Shown here: positions 8,663 to 10,693 of the stretch, in pieces
Numbering within the stretch: position 1 is the stretch's first letter
Layout: every line of letters starts with the position of its first letter
DNA from: Octopus sinensis
Lineage: Eukaryota
Assembly: GCF_006345805.1 (NCBI RefSeq)
Contig: NW_021827380.1
Coordinates: 1 to 10,693, forward strand
DNA: 10,693 nt
Direction: 5' to 3'
Position numbers and translations under genes: made by a program
Notes under the pieces: generated by a model
What the model saw: the letters and a program-made list of their open reading frames with translations, nothing else
Databases searched by the model: none
What the model was told of the DNA's origin: nothing

Positions 8663-8851
8663 AAATAAGTACCAGTTACGCACTGGGGTCGATATAATCA
8701 ACTTAATCCGTTTGTCTGTCCTTGTTTGTCCTCTCTGTGTTTAGCCCTTTGTGGGTAGTAAAGAAGTAGGTATTTCGTCTGCCGTTACGTTCTGAGTTCA
8801 AATTCCGCCTAGGTCGACTTTGCCTTTCATTGTTTTCGGGGATCGATGAAA
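8663..8851 (+). mobile_element. SINE family A 3' half with LINE-like tail, joined to a resumed 5'/central part
   Basis: aaataagtaccagttacgcactggggtcgat...agccctttgtgggtagtaaagaagta, then ggtatttcgtctgccgttacgttctgagttcaaattccgcctaggtcgactttgcctttcatt. Confidence 0.8.
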
Positions 8852-8897
8852 TCTATATATATAAAACTGAACTTGTGTGTCTGTGTGTGTATCTGTG
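8852..8897 (+). mobile_element. Helitron-like 5' end fragment
   Basis: A|TCtatatatataaaac...ttgtgtgtctgtgtgt resembles the sequence from 10332 and interrupts the SINE at an A|T site. Confidence 0.4.
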
Positions 8898-8899
8898 GG

Positions 8900-9034
8900 A
8901 TACAAAAGGGATACAGGAACCAACTGAAAAAGAGATTCGGGGAAAGTGAACCAAAGAAGTTAGAGGAACGGACGGAATGGTTGTACGATACGTTCCAAGT
9001 ACCAATGCCACTGCAGGTGATTGGACCCAGATAG
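8900..9034 (+). pseudogene. Possible continuation of the Gypsy integrase C-terminus
   Basis: IQKGYRNQLKKRF...LYDTFQVPMP resembles the 'RH.NQL..R' motif that follows KRIG in Gypsy pol; same strand as 6026-6350. Confidence 0.4.
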
Positions 9035-9218
9035 AAGGAAGTCATAGATAATCAGGGAAAGTACATTGATGATTAAATTTCAGTTAAATATAACATTTGA
9101 TCATTTGTTTTCTTTATTCAAAATTCGGACAGAACTTATGGGATGACCAGTTAGATTCCCTAACACAAGAAAAATAAAACTAGAAGCCACTCTCTCCCCC
9201 CTAAGTAGTCAGGGAGGA

Positions 9219-9572
9219 AGCACTCCGTCGGTTACGACGATAAGGGTTCCGGTTGATTCGAATCAACGAAACACCCTGCTCGTGAAACTAACGTGCAAGT
9301 GGCTGAGTACTCCACAGACACGTGCACCCTTAACGTAGTTCTCGGGGATATTCAGCGTGACACAGAGAAATACAGGTACAACGGAAACAGGAAGTAAGAG
9401 AAAGTTGTGGTGAAAGAGTACAGCAGGGATCACCACCACCCCCTGCCGGAGCCTCGTGGAGCTTTAGGTGTTTTCGCTCAATAAACACTCACAACGCCCG
9501 GTCTGGGAATCGAAACCGCGATCCTATGACCGCGAGTCCGCTGCCCTAACCACTGGGCCATTGCGCCTCCAC
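9219..9572 (-). mobile_element. tRNA(Arg)-derived SINE family C
   Basis: Minus-strand head ggaggcgcaaTGGCCCAGTGGttagggcagcggacTCGcggtcataggatcgcGGTTTCGATTCCcagacc has an A box, a TCG anticodon-like loop and a B box, followed by ~280 bp of non-tRNA body. The 3' boundary is approximate. Confidence 0.8.
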
Positions 9573-9964
9573 CTCAAGCAGCAGTTTTTAATACAATCAC
9601 GAGAAAATGATGAACTCTGGCGTGTAGAGAGTGATTACTTGATAGTAAGCTAGTTATTTACGGGGGTAGATATTTAAAGACGCAATATCGAAGGTGGAGG
9701 CAAGGTAAAGTTTAGTACTCAAACGGCATCGGAGGAGCGCGGCACACCCCGCGTGAAGATAAAATGTTTCGCAACTTCTAGTGTGCTTTACAATGTGTTG
9801 TTTACCCATGCTTTTTAATTGAACTGAATTAATTTTTCTTTTTTTTTAATATCACCATTAAAGGTGTTTATATTCCGGTGAAATTAAGAAATCAACTCGT
9901 AAACAAACGAAACCCTCGAATCCATCAGTATACACACACAAATGCGCAGCCGCACATATACACG

Positions 9965-10042
9965 TATGTATGTATGCATGTATGCATGTATGTATGTATG
10001 TATGTATGTATGTATGTATGTATGTATGTATGTATGTATGTA
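9965..10042. repeat. (TATG)n microsatellite
   Basis: Read directly from the sequence. Confidence 0.97.
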
Positions 10043-10190
10043 CCCACACGTCTCTATGCGCATAAGTGCACCATGACCTATGCACACGCAAACGAGGGTC
10101 GATTCATACGAAAAAGTAAGTGAACAAAGTAATATGACCACTTGCTTATCGCGAAATTTGTAAGTTCGATTATTTTGAATTTTTTTATAA

Positions 10191-10305
10191 CTCTTTTACT
10201 TGTTTCAGTCATTTGATTGCGACCATGCTGGAGCACCATCTTTAGTCGAGCAAATCGACCCCAGGACTTATTCTTTGTAAGCCTAGTACATATTCTATCG
10301 GTCTC
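10191..10305 (-). mobile_element. SINE family B 3' end
   Basis: Reverse complement matches ~3139-3254 (gaccgatagaata...gctccagcatgg...aaatgactgaaacaagtaaaagag). Confidence 0.88.
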
Positions 10306-10331
10306 ACGCGCGCATACACAACCATGTGGAA

Positions 10332-10693
10332 TCTCTCTATATATAAACGGCAGCTTGTCTGTCTGTGTGTCTGTGTGTCTGTGTGTCTGACCACGGCTTT
10401 CAACCGATTCTGATGAAACTTGACATACACATAGCCCAATGTCATAATTCAAAACTAACGCAGCTAAAATTTTGAAAAGTTTTCCCAGTTCTGAAAAAAA
10501 TCGATAAATTCGACATGGGGTCGAGAATCTAAGCTTTTTATATGCAACACATTTTCTGTCTAGGGGACACAACTCGACCTTTTTATCGCCCAAAAGGACA
10601 GCTAGGAACATCGTATACACAGAAGTATTCGAGTGAAGAGAAGACATTTGCAACCTACACATGCGCCTTCGTTCCCTAGAGGGAAAGGACTAG
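10332..10693 (+). mobile_element. Non-autonomous Helitron-like element (3' extent uncertain)
   Basis: A|TCtctctatatataaa start, (GTCT/GTGT) microsatellite, then aaccgattctgatgaaactt, an organisation typical of invertebrate non-autonomous Helitrons. The window ends with a ttccct-ag-agggaa palindrome and CTAG. Confidence 0.55.

Noticed and set aside
9495-9572. tRNA-Arg gene
   Set aside because: The acceptor stem does not close and the head continues into a SINE body.
10410-10430. CTGATGA hammerhead core
   Set aside because: Part of the ccgattctgatgaaactt Helitron-type motif; no stem II or correctly placed GAAA.
10078-10662. 194-aa minus-strand ORF
   Set aside because: Crosses a Helitron-like element, a microsatellite and a SINE tail; no recognisable domain.

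Overview
Repeat-dense, AT-rich eukaryotic DNA with no intact protein-coding gene. The SINE families and microsatellite load suggest a coleoid cephalopod, probably an octopus (inference from recalled repeat families, not a search). Contents: a 5'-truncated L1/Tx1-type reverse transcriptase fragment and a LINE-like 3' end in a (GATA)n array; several tRNA-derived SINE families; a decayed Ty3/Gypsy integrase split by an 11-copy ~196-bp SINE-derived tandem array whose unamplified two-part ancestor appears to survive at ~2393-2805; Helitron-like 5' ends; and many microsatellites, which explain most supplied ORFs. The most unusual part is 4160-5500, where short elements between (TA)n tracts carry four hammerhead-ribozyme-like motifs, one apparently non-circularly permuted (4852-4928), plus a 149-bp fold-back.
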